Shown here: piece after piece, positions 39,618 to 49,601 of the stretch
Position numbering within the stretch: the first letter of the stretch is position 1
Layout: each line of letters begins with the position of its first letter
DNA from: Nitrososphaerales archaeon
Lineage (GTDB): Archaea; Thermoproteota; Nitrososphaeria_A; Caldarchaeales; Wolframiiraptoraceae
Direction of reading: 5' to 3'
Length of the DNA: 64,000 bases
Assembly: GCA_023269855.1 (NCBI GenBank)
Contig: JAGDWP010000050.1
Location: forward strand, 8,503-72,502
Position numbers and translations under genes: made by a program
The notes under the pieces: generated by a model
What the model saw: the letters and a program-made list of their open reading frames with translations, nothing else
Told to the model about the DNA's origin: nothing
Databases searched by the model: none

Positions 39618-40310
39618 TTACTTCCTCCTCATAGAATCATATTCCAGCAATAATCTTCTAACCTCATCATTCGATATATCTCTCCATTCCACGTAGGCAT
39701 CTGCCACAGCAAATATTGTACTGGATCTTATGTTTAAGCAGATGGCTTCATCTATCTTTCCAGAGAGGAGTTTTAATGCTTCAGTAGATGCTGTTGGAAC
39801 TGCTACGATTACTCTTCTACATCCTCTCTTCTTCACTACTTCTACTGCGAGAGACATAGTATATCCAGATGCTAACCCATCATCTGTAATTATGACTATC
39901 CTATCTTTAACATTTAGATCATATTCTCCTAGCCTCCATTCTTTTAACCTAAGTTTTATTTCCTCCAATTCATGGGATATACACTCTGCGACAATCTTTG
40001 GAGAAAGCCTAGTCAACTTAATTAGTTCATAATTTAACAAGTATGTTTCATCCCAGCTTACAGCTCCAAATCCTGCTTCTGGATTCCATGGAAAATGTAT
40101 CTTCCTAACCATTATCAGATTGAATTCTAGATTAAGTTTTTTAGATATGGTTAATCCGAGGGGGACGCCTCCGGAAGGTATGGCTAAGACTACTGTATCT
40201 CTTCTATCTCTATACTCCTGTAATTTCTCAGCAAGTCTTTCACCTGCATCTATTCTATCTCTGAAAACTCTTATCTTTTCTCTTAGTAGAGGATCATCTA
40301 TTATCTTCAT
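39618..40310 (-). CDS. type I phosphoribosyltransferase-domain protein
   Basis: PRPP-binding motif 'VIITDDGLASGYTM'. Confidence 0.65.
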   Translation of the reverse strand: MKIIDDPLLREKIRVFRDRIDAGERLAEKLQEYRDRRDTVVLAIPSGGVPLGLTISKKLNLEFNLIMVRKIHFPWNPEAGFGAVSWDETYLLNYELIKLTRLSPKIVAECISHELEEIKLRLKEWRLGEYDLNVKDRIVIITDDGLASGYTMSLAVEVVKKRGCRRVIVAVPTASTEALKLLSGKIDEAICLNIRSSTIFAVADAYVEWRDISNDEVRRLLLEYDSMRRK

Positions 40311-41608
40311 TCTTCTTCTACTGGCTCAATGAGGAGTAAGTCGCTAACTTTACCGACTACCTTTATTCTCTGTCCAGGTTTGACTTCTTTCTTCGATGTG
40401 GCTCTCCAGAGTTCTCCATCCAACTTAACATATCCTTCCGCTCCAGGGCTTATCGGGTCCACTGCTTTACCGTACTCGCTAGGTATCTCTCTCAAGTATG
40501 GTTTACTTCTTACGGCTTGTATTGCTTTATAGATTAAGAAACCGAAGAAGAAAGAGATGAGGATCAATATGATCGATATAGTTTTGAGAAGCTCGTTAAA
40601 CCATAATTGGGAGATAAGTTGTTCCCTCGGAGGAGATCCAGCTATCAACACTATCCCTATACCTAGGGACAATATTCCACCAACAGCTACTGCACCGAAA
40701 GTATGTGTGAAGACTTCGTACACGAGTAATGCTGCACCTATACCTATCAATAACAAGCCTATTAAGTTTACATCGAATCCTTGACCGATCAATCCTAATA
40801 AGATAAGTATGCCGCCCGCAACCTCTGCACCCCATCCTGGCGAGGCGAAACCGAGTATCAATGTCATTATTCCTACTGCGAGGAGGATCGAGGATATAAG
40901 AGGGTTGGAGAGAGCCTCCATAAAGTAGACGTTCAAAGGTTTATCAACTTCTATTATAAGACTGTCTCTAGTTTCTATTTTAACTATTTTATCGCCTATC
41001 GTTACATTCCAGCCATTTATCTTATCTAAGAATTCTCTAGGGTTTCTAGCTACAACCTCTATAACTTTTTTCTTTAATGCTTCTTCAGGTCCTAGAACCA
41101 AGTTCTTCGTTACAAATAGCCTAGCCACTGATTCATTCCTATTATTCATTCGTGCAAGAGACGCGATTTTTTCAGTTAGGAAATTGATGGTTTTCGTATC
41201 GTTTACAGGTGTTCCACCTACAACTGGTTGGCATGCGCCTATCTGTGTATATGGGGCCATGCCTGCGATCTTACAGGCCATTAGTATGTATGTTCCAGCA
41301 GACATTGCGTTTGCACCTTCAGGATAAACGAAGCAGAAGACAGGTTTCTCAGAGTTTTGGATATGCTTAATAATCTCGAGCGTGGCCTCTGCTTCTCCAC
41401 CCAGGGTGTCCAGAGTTATTAAGAATAATTCGTAGTCTTCCCACCTCTCGGTAAGAAATGTTTTAACATATTCTGTAGTAGCTGGAGAGATGTATCCTTC
41501 AATCTTCAACCATGCTACTTTTACTTGTTCACCGTTTATGTTTAGAATAAGTATGAATAAATTCAATAGGATTAGTGTTGTAAAGAGTAGCCAGTAACTC
41601 TTCTTCAT
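40307..41608 (-). CDS. NfeD-like membrane-bound serine protease (stomatin operon partner protein)
   Basis: N-terminal ClpP/S49-like domain, central TM helices, C-terminal OB-fold; overlaps stomatin gene by 4 nt as in PH1510/PH1511. Confidence 0.75.
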   Translation of the reverse strand: MKKSYWLLFTTLILLNLFILILNINGEQVKVAWLKIEGYISPATTEYVKTFLTERWEDYELFLITLDTLGGEAEATLEIIKHIQNSEKPVFCFVYPEGANAMSAGTYILMACKIAGMAPYTQIGACQPVVGGTPVNDTKTINFLTEKIASLARMNNRNESVARLFVTKNLVLGPEEALKKKVIEVVARNPREFLDKINGWNVTIGDKIVKIETRDSLIIEVDKPLNVYFMEALSNPLISSILLAVGIMTLILGFASPGWGAEVAGGILILLGLIGQGFDVNLIGLLLIGIGAALLVYEVFTHTFGAVAVGGILSLGIGIVLIAGSPPREQLISQLWFNELLKTISIILILISFFFGFLIYKAIQAVRSKPYLREIPSEYGKAVDPISPGAEGYVKLDGELWRATSKKEVKPGQRIKVVGKVSDLLLIEPVEEE

Positions 41609-42390
41609 TCTTTCTTCTCACTCTTGATTACACCTAGGAATGTTCCAAGCTGAGATGAGGCGCTCTCGGTTACAACGATCATATTCTTTTCTCTAGCTAT
41701 CTCACTCCAAGTCTGGAGTTCTCTCAACCTTAATGCTATCGGGCTCCTAGCATAGTATTCTGCTGCTTCCGCCATCTTCTTAGCTGCTTCAAGTTCTCCC
41801 TCAGCCATTATTACCCTGCTTCTTCTCTCTCTTTCAGCTTCAGCTTGCTTAGCCATAGCTCTCTGCATAGCTTCAGGTATTATTACGTCTCTAATAGCTA
41901 CAGCCGTTACTTTGACACCCCATGCTTCAGTAGCTTCATCAAGTATTGCTTGCACTCTTTTACTCAATTCTTCCCTCTTGCTAAGTAGCTCATCTAATTC
42001 TACTTGACCTATTACGTCTCTGAGGGTTGTCTGAGCTAGAAGGCTTGAGGCCATGATGTAGTCTTTTACTTTAACTGCTGCAGCGATTGGGTCGCTGACT
42101 CTGAAGTATACTACTGCGTCAACATCCACGGTAACATTATCTCGAGTTATTATCCTCTGCTTAGGGACATCCATCGTAAGCAGTCTTAAGTCAATTATCC
42201 TCCTTTTATCAATTATTGGTAAGATTACTACTAATCCTGGCCCCTTAGCACCCTTCAATCTACCCACTCTAAAGATCACTACTCTTTCATACTCTGTTAC
42301 AATCTTAATTGATGAGGCCAAAATTATTATAATGAATAATAAGATAAAGAATCCTAGAAAAAGTGTCGCAGGCTGGATCTGACTTATCAT
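41605..42390 (-). CDS. stomatin/prohibitin (SPFH, band 7) protein
   Basis: N-terminal TM followed by SPFH domain 'IDLRLLTMDVPKQRIITRDNVTVDVDAVVYFRV'. Confidence 0.8.
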   Translation of the reverse strand: MISQIQPATLFLGFFILLFIIIILASSIKIVTEYERVVIFRVGRLKGAKGPGLVVILPIIDKRRIIDLRLLTMDVPKQRIITRDNVTVDVDAVVYFRVSDPIAAAVKVKDYIMASSLLAQTTLRDVIGQVELDELLSKREELSKRVQAILDEATEAWGVKVTAVAIRDVIIPEAMQRAMAKQAEAERERRSRVIMAEGELEAAKKMAEAAEYYARSPIALRLRELQTWSEIAREKNMIVVTESASSQLGTFLGVIKSEKKE

Positions 42391-42539
42391 TACTTCACCA
42401 CCACCTAATTTTATTTTTGCCCAGATAAATAGTTTAAAGAATTAGACACTCTCGACTGATGTATCCCTAGCTGAAATACGATCAAACGATTTAACAATCC
42501 CATAATCTTTATCTACTGCATCTTAATGTTATTGAAGAT

Positions 42540-42998
42540 ATGGCTGACGAGGAATCAGAAAGAGAGTTTACCGTTAGGATGTTTATGTCTATTGACCCCT
42601 TGACTGTGAAAGAAGATGCAAGTATTGTTGAGATCGCTAGAAGCATGGCGGATAGAGGGGTAGGAGCATGCTTTGTTGAGAGAGATGGAAAAGTCGTTGG
42701 GATAATTACTGAAAGAGACATCGTCAGACGAGTAGTTGCAAAAAACCTCGATGCTTCAAAGACTAGAGCTCTGGAGATTATGTCTAAACCTATCATAGCT
42801 GTAGATCCTGATACGAGTGTAGAAGATGCATTACGGGTTATGTCAGAAAAGAAGATAAGGAGACTAGCAGTTATAGAGAAGAATGTACTAGTAGGGATAG
42901 TAACTATATCCGACCTAGCTAAGGCTCTTCTACAGAAAGTCGAGATCGTAAACATGTTCGTACGTGCAGCTACTCGTGAACTCCCAATGTATGGTTAA
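42540..42998 (+). CDS. CBS-domain pair protein
   Basis: Two CBS repeats; 152 aa. Confidence 0.8.
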   Translation: MADEESEREFTVRMFMSIDPLTVKEDASIVEIARSMADRGVGACFVERDGKVVGIITERDIVRRVVAKNLDASKTRALEIMSKPIIAVDPDTSVEDALRVMSEKKIRRLAVIEKNVLVGIVTISDLAKALLQKVEIVNMFVRAATRELPMYG

Positions 42999-43053
42999 CC
43001 CAGTTAAGCGAAGACATAATTTGTAGATGAACATCTATAATCATTAGAGAAGA

Positions 43054-43758
43054 ATGGCGATAGTTCGCGTAGGTACTTCAGGATACAGTTATTTCTGGAA
43101 TCCTGAAAAACGTAGCCCATTCAAATGGTATGTTATGCAGAATTTCAAGAGTGTTGAGATTAATGCTTCGTTCTATTCTTTCCCTAGAAAGAGTTGGATA
43201 ATTAGTTGGCTGAAGAATTCTCCTGAAGATTTTGACTTCAGTATAAAAGTTCATAGAAGTATAACACATTTATCTAGAATGAGTGAGAAATCACTATCAA
43301 TCTGGGAGAAGTTTTATCAAACATTTAAACCATTAGAGAGCAGAATAGTCTTCTGGCTCTTCCAGTTCCCAGCATATTTTAGAGCAACCTATGAAAATCT
43401 TATGAGAATACGTGTATTCATGAAGGAGACGGGGTTGGGAAGCTCAGCTGTAATGGAATTCCGTGAACCTAGATGGTGGAAATTCAAGACACAGATAGAA
43501 GATGCTGGAGCGGTATTCTGCTCTGTTGACGCACCTAACTTACCAAGGGAAGTTTTATCCTCAAATAACGTTGTCTATTTGAGGATTCATGGTAGAACAT
43601 ATTGGTACTCATATTATTACAATGATAGAGAGCTAGAGGAGATAGCGGAGAAAGTTAAGAAAACTATTTGCGAGAAGAAATACATATACTTTAACAATGA
43701 TCATGGGATGCTAGAGAATGCTCTAAAAATGAAAAAATTATTGGAGGAAGATAGATGA
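43054..43758 (+). CDS. DUF72-family protein
   Basis: N-terminal 'VRVGTSGYSYFW' typical of DUF72 (UPF0759). Confidence 0.55.
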   Translation: MAIVRVGTSGYSYFWNPEKRSPFKWYVMQNFKSVEINASFYSFPRKSWIISWLKNSPEDFDFSIKVHRSITHLSRMSEKSLSIWEKFYQTFKPLESRIVFWLFQFPAYFRATYENLMRIRVFMKETGLGSSAVMEFREPRWWKFKTQIEDAGAVFCSVDAPNLPREVLSSNNVVYLRIHGRTYWYSYYYNDRELEEIAEKVKKTICEKKYIYFNNDHGMLENALKMKKLLEEDR

Positions 43759-44573
43759 GAAGAGATTTTGAACCATATATTCCAGAACAGATCATAGATT
43801 ACTTTGAACCTATATCTGGATTAAAAGCCAAAATAATTGGGAACTATCTATTATACATAAACGGAGAAACAGTGGCGATTATCGGATACCCGATCAATGG
43901 AGAATATGATGAAAAAGAAGTTACTCAGATATTTCAAAGTTATTTTGAGGAAAAGAAGTCAATGAGGATAGTTATCATAGCTCCTAAACTACCATCTACT
44001 CTAGTCTTTGAAGAGGTAAAGACAGATAATTATTACAGGTTAATGCTCCCCGTCAAGCATCTTAGCAAGAAGATAAGGTACATGGTCTCGAGAGCATTTA
44101 GAGAGTTAGCTATAGAGGTTGGCAAGAACTTGACAAACAGTCATAGGGAGATTATGAGAGATTTCTTGAACAGACCTGACGTCGACGAATTCATGGATTA
44201 CGTCTGTAGCCGCTTAGACCTCTATCTCTCTAGATCTAAAACAGTTAAAATCATTAATGCATTTAATAAAACTGGTAGATTAGTAGGCTTCGATATAGTT
44301 GATCTTCCTCCAGGTCGATATTCTTTCTATATGTTTAACTTCATTGATAGGAATGGTGGATATGTTCCAGGGGTTTCAGACCTTATGATGCATCATTTTC
44401 TAAAGATCTCTGAAGAAGAAGGGAAACTCTATGTAAATATGGGGCTCGGCATTAATGAGGGTGTGAAAAGATTTAAGGTCAAATGGGGAGCTGAACCTTT
44501 TCTACCCTATCAATACGGCGTCGTTAAGCGTAGCGATATTTCAAGAATATTCGAAATATTCTCAAAGCTGTGA
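43755..44573 (+). CDS. DUF2156/MprF-C-terminal-like (FemABX/GNAT-fold) protein
   Basis: C-terminus 'GVKRFKVKWGAEPFLPYQY' resembles LPG-synthase C-domain ending '…FKxKFgpxWxPrY'; ATGA overlap with DUF72 gene. Confidence 0.4.
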   Translation: MRRDFEPYIPEQIIDYFEPISGLKAKIIGNYLLYINGETVAIIGYPINGEYDEKEVTQIFQSYFEEKKSMRIVIIAPKLPSTLVFEEVKTDNYYRLMLPVKHLSKKIRYMVSRAFRELAIEVGKNLTNSHREIMRDFLNRPDVDEFMDYVCSRLDLYLSRSKTVKIINAFNKTGRLVGFDIVDLPPGRYSFYMFNFIDRNGGYVPGVSDLMMHHFLKISEEEGKLYVNMGLGINEGVKRFKVKWGAEPFLPYQYGVVKRSDISRIFEIFSKL

Positions 44574-44582
44574 ATAATAGAC

Positions 44583-44768
44583 CTAGCTTTTCTTCTCGAC
44601 AGTCTTGAACTTAGTGAAGTGACAGTTTCCACAATAATACCTATCTTCATGTTCAGCCATTATGTATCCATCTCCACATCTTGAGCAGAAGACTACTGTC
44701 TTGATGAGCTTACCATCCTTTACTGTGTATTTCTTGTATAATTTAGCTTGCTTCCCCACTTTTCTCAC
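44583..44768 (-). CDS. rps27ae: 30S ribosomal protein S27ae (eS31)
   Basis: C4 zinc ribbon 'CSRCGDGYIMAEHEDRYYCGNCHF'; 61 aa. Confidence 0.75.
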   Translation of the reverse strand: MRKVGKQAKLYKKYTVKDGKLIKTVVFCSRCGDGYIMAEHEDRYYCGNCHFTKFKTVEKKS

Positions 44769-45057
44769 CTTCTACAGATAGCAATGCATGCTTTTTCAAT
44801 ATATTTTTCTTCTCAAATTTCCTAGCATATTCTACATTGTCATATATGTGAACATGTATTCTTGCTTTCCGGGAACCGAAGATGCTCTCTATTTTCTCCA
44901 CTATTATGTTTTCAGCAGGTGCATCAAATTGTTTAGAAATGAATTCTCTGACTTCTTCCCGTTTAGGTGTTGAAGATTCATACCCGATTATAAGTTTAAG
45001 CTCTCTCCTATTTAGTAGCTTGTTATACCAGTCTACCTCGATTTTATCTATCTTCAT
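44743..45057 (-). CDS. rps24e: 30S ribosomal protein S24e (eS24)
   Basis: S24e pattern 'NRRELKLIIGYE…TPKREEVRE…'; operon with S27ae and S6e. Confidence 0.75.
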   Translation of the reverse strand: MKIDKIEVDWYNKLLNRRELKLIIGYESSTPKREEVREFISKQFDAPAENIIVEKIESIFGSRKARIHVHIYDNVEYARKFEKKNILKKHALLSVEGEKSGEAS

Positions 45058-45500
45058 GTTGTCTGAGCCTCCTGCGATTCTTTCTTTGATGGAGATTGGA
45101 CAGGTATGAGGACAGCGTTTATCTGTGCTATAGCATCACTGATAACATTTCCCCTGACTGTCTTCCTTTTCCTAAGCCCCTTCTTCTTTCTCTTCAACCT
45201 TTTCTTCTTCTTTTTCGATGAAGGCTTTTCCCTTGGATGAAATCCTACTCCACCCGATAAAAGTATCCTCACTTTCCTAGGTCCACTAACGTCTGGACGC
45301 ATTGGAAAACCATCTCTATCTGTGCCTCCCGTTATCTTTATCTTGTATCCCTTGAATCCGACTATCGAGCCGTCAATTTCATCCCCTATCTTCTTTCCAA
45401 TGAATAATTGGAAGATTCTTGGATCAAGCTGAATACTCTTCGCTGTTCCATCAGCAGGGTTAGACAATACAAGCTTTGGAGCCGCAGTCTTCTCTGACAT
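45054..45500 (-). CDS. rps6e: 30S ribosomal protein S6e (eS6)
   Basis: 'GGTDRDGFPMRPDVSGPRKVRILLSGG' S6e core, basic C-terminal tail. Confidence 0.8.
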   Translation of the reverse strand: MSEKTAAPKLVLSNPADGTAKSIQLDPRIFQLFIGKKIGDEIDGSIVGFKGYKIKITGGTDRDGFPMRPDVSGPRKVRILLSGGVGFHPREKPSSKKKKKRLKRKKKGLRKRKTVRGNVISDAIAQINAVLIPVQSPSKKESQEAQTT

Positions 45501-45578
45501 GTTTTCATCTATCTGAAGGTTTAGCCTACTATATAAACCAGAATAGGAGTGGGATGAATCAAACCACTTTTACATAAT

Positions 45579-47381
45579 TTATCTAGCCCATAAGGGGTTA
45601 ACCGACCTTCTTATCTCAACAATTTCTTCTAAAGCTTTTCTTGAGTCTTCATCTAGCATGTTATAGTATTCTTTCAATAGTAGTCTTGCATCTTGTTCGG
45701 GTATAGCGACATACAGTGTTTCTCCTTCTCTTATATGTCTTCCTACAACAGGCTCCCTCATAGATATGGCGACTTTAGCTCCAGCGCTTGCTTCAGGTAT
45801 ACTTTGACCTTTATCTTGTATCTGTGAGATTGTGCCGACTATTTTCCCCTTAGAATTCATTAATGGATATTTGGGTTTGATTATTCCAGCGAGTATTTCT
45901 ACCCCGACGATTGCGGGTTCGCTTCTTCTAAAAACGTATCCTTCCATTATCTTAATCTTTCCAGGCTTCATTAATGATTCAAAAGTTCTAAGTTTACGGG
46001 ATGTCGTTTCTTTCTCAACCCATTCGAGATAAGCATTTACAAGCCTGAACAATACTGAGTCTTTAAAGATGTGGACCCCTCTATTTCCTGCTTCAATCTC
46101 TAAATCTGAGGGAACTTTTACATTAAAAGCAAGTATTACTCCTTTCAATTCATCCTTCATCCTTACGACTTCAGCTTCTACTATGTCTCTCTTACTGACT
46201 TCGCCTATATCTGCTTTCCTCACAGGGATCCCTTTCTCTTGGAGATACAGAGTAGCGGCCTCAAGGGACCCTAGAGTGTCAGCTTTTACGATAACGCCGA
46301 CCTTATCAGTCGTTATCATGAATTCGCTAACTTCATTCTTTATCTTTTCTAGAACTTCCTGTTCTATGCTAGGTGATGGCACCACATATATTGGTGAGCC
46401 TGCGAGACATTTTTCTAGCTCATCTGCTACAATCTTTACGCCAACTGCTGCTTCAACTTGTTCAACTCGTCTAAACCTATCCCGTGGATCTCTCATCTCA
46501 TCTAACGGTTTAGGCATTAATAGAGCTTTAACCCGTGTAGAGAATGGTCCATCTACACCCATTAAAGCTATTCTATCCCCAGTTCTTAATACTCCATCAC
46601 TTATGATCACGTTTATTGTATGCCCGATCCCTGCCTCTTCCATTACTTCCAAGACGACGCCTTCAGCTGGACCAGTTGAAGTCAGTAATCTATCCTGCAT
46701 AAAGGATTGAGCTAGCCCTAGGAGTATAAGTAGTAAGTCTGGAATCCCCTCACCCGTCTTCGCACTTACTGGAACTATGGCGAGAGTTCTAGTAAAATCT
46801 CTTATCCTAGTATACAGGTCTGCTTTGAACCCGAAGAATGATAGTTCTCCAATTAATTCATATATTCTCTTCTCTAATTCTTCTTGCGTGTACTTACTCT
46901 GTAACTCGAATGTTTTACTGAAGGGTGCTAATTCATTTGGTCTCCATCCTGGAATAAGGTCGATCTTGTTTGCTGCAACTATGAAGGGGGTACGTCTAGA
47001 CTTTAACAATTGTATACATTCTCTCGTCTGCTCTTGAACACCGTTAACAACATCTATAACAAGGATTGCTAAGTCAGCAATGGATCCTCCCCTCTTCCTC
47101 AAATTCGAGAAAGCAGCATGTCCAGGAGTATCGATAAAGAGTAATCCAGGAATCTTAAGTTTCTCTATCTTCACCTCTCCGATAAGAGCTCTACAAGTTT
47201 CTATTACAGCCTCCAGTGGGAATAGGCTTGCTCCAATGTGTTGGGTTATTCCTCCTGCTTCTCTAACTGCGACAACCGTCCCTCTCATTTTATCCAATAA
47301 CGATGTCTTACCATGATCCACGTGACCTAAGACAACAACTATGGGTTGACGAAGCCGCATACTCAATAACGCTACCTCCAC
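45579..47381 (-). CDS. infB: translation initiation factor aIF5B (IF2 homolog), intein-free
   Basis: GTPase 'VLGHVDHGKTSLLD', 'DTPGH', 'ANKIDL'; 600 aa. Confidence 0.85.
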   Translation of the reverse strand: MEVALLSMRLRQPIVVVLGHVDHGKTSLLDKMRGTVVAVREAGGITQHIGASLFPLEAVIETCRALIGEVKIEKLKIPGLLFIDTPGHAAFSNLRKRGGSIADLAILVIDVVNGVQEQTRECIQLLKSRRTPFIVAANKIDLIPGWRPNELAPFSKTFELQSKYTQEELEKRIYELIGELSFFGFKADLYTRIRDFTRTLAIVPVSAKTGEGIPDLLLILLGLAQSFMQDRLLTSTGPAEGVVLEVMEEAGIGHTINVIISDGVLRTGDRIALMGVDGPFSTRVKALLMPKPLDEMRDPRDRFRRVEQVEAAVGVKIVADELEKCLAGSPIYVVPSPSIEQEVLEKIKNEVSEFMITTDKVGVIVKADTLGSLEAATLYLQEKGIPVRKADIGEVSKRDIVEAEVVRMKDELKGVILAFNVKVPSDLEIEAGNRGVHIFKDSVLFRLVNAYLEWVEKETTSRKLRTFESLMKPGKIKIMEGYVFRRSEPAIVGVEILAGIIKPKYPLMNSKGKIVGTISQIQDKGQSIPEASAGAKVAISMREPVVGRHIREGETLYVAIPEQDARLLLKEYYNMLDEDSRKALEEIVEIRRSVNPLWAR

Positions 47382-47469
47382 TAAAGATTTCTTTAAACTA
47401 AATTAAAACTATTATTAGCTTCACTCATCTTCAAATTTTAAGGAAGATATTACCGCGTTTCATTCATAT

Positions 47470-48510
47470 TCATTCTAAGATAGATACGTTTTTAAGTGGT
47501 TTCACAGTTGAGGGTTTGTAGAATGGTTCTCTAAGCATGACCGCTCTGATGAATAGTTTCTCAAGTTCTTCATCTGATGCTCCAGCTCTCATAGGTGTTA
47601 AGAAGTCTACTAAGTTGTCGTTCCGCATTAAGCATGGCTTGAATTTTCCATCATGAGTTATTCTTATCCTATCATCGTTCATGCAGAACTCATAGTTATT
47701 GTTAGGTCTAACAACTTCAACCCATACATCATTAGGTAAGAGATACTGTTTCCTCATGTGAAGACTTCTAGTAACAGTTTTTACAGCTGTTTTCTCAAAC
47801 CTCTCTTCGAGCTCTCTTAAGCTATAATAGTATTTATTGAAGAATTCTGTATTTGCTGCACCTTCTTCTACTAATTCTATCAACTGTAAGATGACTTTGC
47901 TCCCGAACTGTGAGGCAAAATCTATTAGACTATCTATTTCATTATGGTTTACATTTTTCATGATGACAACATTTAGTTTTACAGGTGCTAGACCAGCTTC
48001 AACCGCTGACCTTATCGCGTCAACTGTGTATTCAAATCTAGTGCTTCCCTCACTTCTAGTCGCTGTACCTGTTATCCAGCAATATTTTTCCCTGCTCACT
48101 GTATGGAGACTTATGTTAACTCTTGTCATTCCTGCTCTTCTAAGCTTCTTGGCCATGGATACTAGCCGAGTACCATTAGTAGTCATGCTTAAATCGTCTA
48201 GACCCAGTTTTCCAAGGCGTTCAACTATTTCTAGAATGTCTCTACGGAGCATTGGTTCACCTCCACTCAGTTTAACTTTTCTTATATTGTACTTGAAGAG
48301 GAGTCTAACAATTCTCTCAATTTCTTCAGGGGTCATAAGTGTATCAGATTCAGAAGTGACTACTCCCTCCATGTGGCAGAAGATGCATCTGAAATTACAG
48401 CTATAACTTGGATTAACAGAAACTCTAAGACCCTTTAATGGTCTATTGTATCTATCAATTATCAGCAAGATCCAATTATTCCTCCAATGCTTTAGTAAAA
48501 GATTCCGCAA
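47470..48510 (-). CDS. moaA: GTP 3',8-cyclase MoaA (radical SAM)
   Basis: 'CNFRCIFCH' radical-SAM cluster and C-terminal second-cluster cysteines. Confidence 0.7.
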   Translation of the reverse strand: MRNLLLKHWRNNWILLIIDRYNRPLKGLRVSVNPSYSCNFRCIFCHMEGVVTSESDTLMTPEEIERIVRLLFKYNIRKVKLSGGEPMLRRDILEIVERLGKLGLDDLSMTTNGTRLVSMAKKLRRAGMTRVNISLHTVSREKYCWITGTATRSEGSTRFEYTVDAIRSAVEAGLAPVKLNVVIMKNVNHNEIDSLIDFASQFGSKVILQLIELVEEGAANTEFFNKYYYSLRELEERFEKTAVKTVTRSLHMRKQYLLPNDVWVEVVRPNNNYEFCMNDDRIRITHDGKFKPCLMRNDNLVDFLTPMRAGASDEELEKLFIRAVMLREPFYKPSTVKPLKNVSILE

Positions 48511-48567
48511 TCAAGAATATAAATTATTTCGACATTAACAATTTGTAGAACTAGAGGAGGAGAATAG

Positions 48568-49566
48568 TTGCGTAATGATGAAAAAATCGTGTTAGGCATA
48601 GAGTCTACAGCTCATACTTTCGGAGTTGGAATTGCAACAACGATGGGAAGAGTACTTGCAAATGTTAAAAGCGTCTATACCCCAAAGTCAGGCGGTATCC
48701 ACCCAAGAGAAGCCGCACAACACCATTCACATCTAGCTCCCGAGAAAATTAAGGAAGCATTAAAAGTAAGTGGAATAGCACCTTCTCAGATAAATGCAGT
48801 AGCTTTTTCATCTGGACCAGGTATGGGACCATGCTTAAGGGTTGGAGCAACTATTGCTAGAGCATTGTCCCTTAAATTAAGTGTTCCATTAATATCTGTA
48901 AATCATGGAGTGGCCCATATTGAGATAGGTAGATTGACGACTGGATGTAGAGATCCAGTAGTCTTATACGTTGCGGGTGGAAACACTCTTGTAACCTCTT
49001 ACAAGGATGGGAGATATAGAATATTTGGAGAAACATTGGACATCGCTGCTGGAAACTGTCTCGACGCATTCGGGGTTACCACAGGTTTAGGGTTGATGCC
49101 GAATCCTGAGATAAAATCTTATGAAGGGAAAAAATTCTATTATCTACCATACAAGGTCAAGGGTATGGATGTATCTTTTTCAGGAGTATTAACTGCCGCT
49201 CTAAAATTGTTTAGAGAAGGGGTTAGATTAGAAGATGTCTGCTATAGTTTAGTTGAGACTGTTTACAGCATGTTGACAGAAGTAACTGAACGTGCTCTCG
49301 CATTTACGGGGAAGAAGGAAGTCTTGATAGTTGGAGGATTGTCGAGAAGTAAGAGGTTGAAGGAGATGATGATGGAGATGGTGAAGCTTCATGATGCAAA
49401 ACTCTTAGTTGTCCCCGAAGAATATGCGGGAGATAATGGAGCAATGATAGCTTGGACTGGTGCACTCCAGCTCTTAACAAATCAGACTATATCTATTGAA
49501 GATAGCAAGGTTAGACCTAGATACAGAATCGATGAAGTTGAAATAAAATGGTTTAATTACCTATAG
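48568..49566 (+). CDS. kae1: tRNA N6-adenosine threonylcarbamoyltransferase Kae1
   Basis: 'VLGIESTAHTFGVGI', 'HGVAHIE' metal-binding His; 332 aa, not fused to Bud32. Confidence 0.85.
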   Translation: MRNDEKIVLGIESTAHTFGVGIATTMGRVLANVKSVYTPKSGGIHPREAAQHHSHLAPEKIKEALKVSGIAPSQINAVAFSSGPGMGPCLRVGATIARALSLKLSVPLISVNHGVAHIEIGRLTTGCRDPVVLYVAGGNTLVTSYKDGRYRIFGETLDIAAGNCLDAFGVTTGLGLMPNPEIKSYEGKKFYYLPYKVKGMDVSFSGVLTAALKLFREGVRLEDVCYSLVETVYSMLTEVTERALAFTGKKEVLIVGGLSRSKRLKEMMMEMVKLHDAKLLVVPEEYAGDNGAMIAWTGALQLLTNQTISIEDSKVRPRYRIDEVEIKWFNYL

Positions 49567-49601
49567 AATATACCATAGATAATCATCGAGTGCACTTATT
49601 T

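Noticed and set aside
42509-42955. 148-aa minus-strand ORF antisense to the CBS-domain gene
   Set aside because: Low-complexity Ser/Thr/Ile-rich shadow ORF fully overlapping a well-supported CBS gene on the other strand.
46069-46710. 213-aa plus-strand ORF inside aIF5B region (plus 45832-46032, 46777-47037, 47080-47316)
   Set aside because: Antisense shadow ORFs of the strongly supported aIF5B gene. Ser/Thr/Pro-rich with no motifs.
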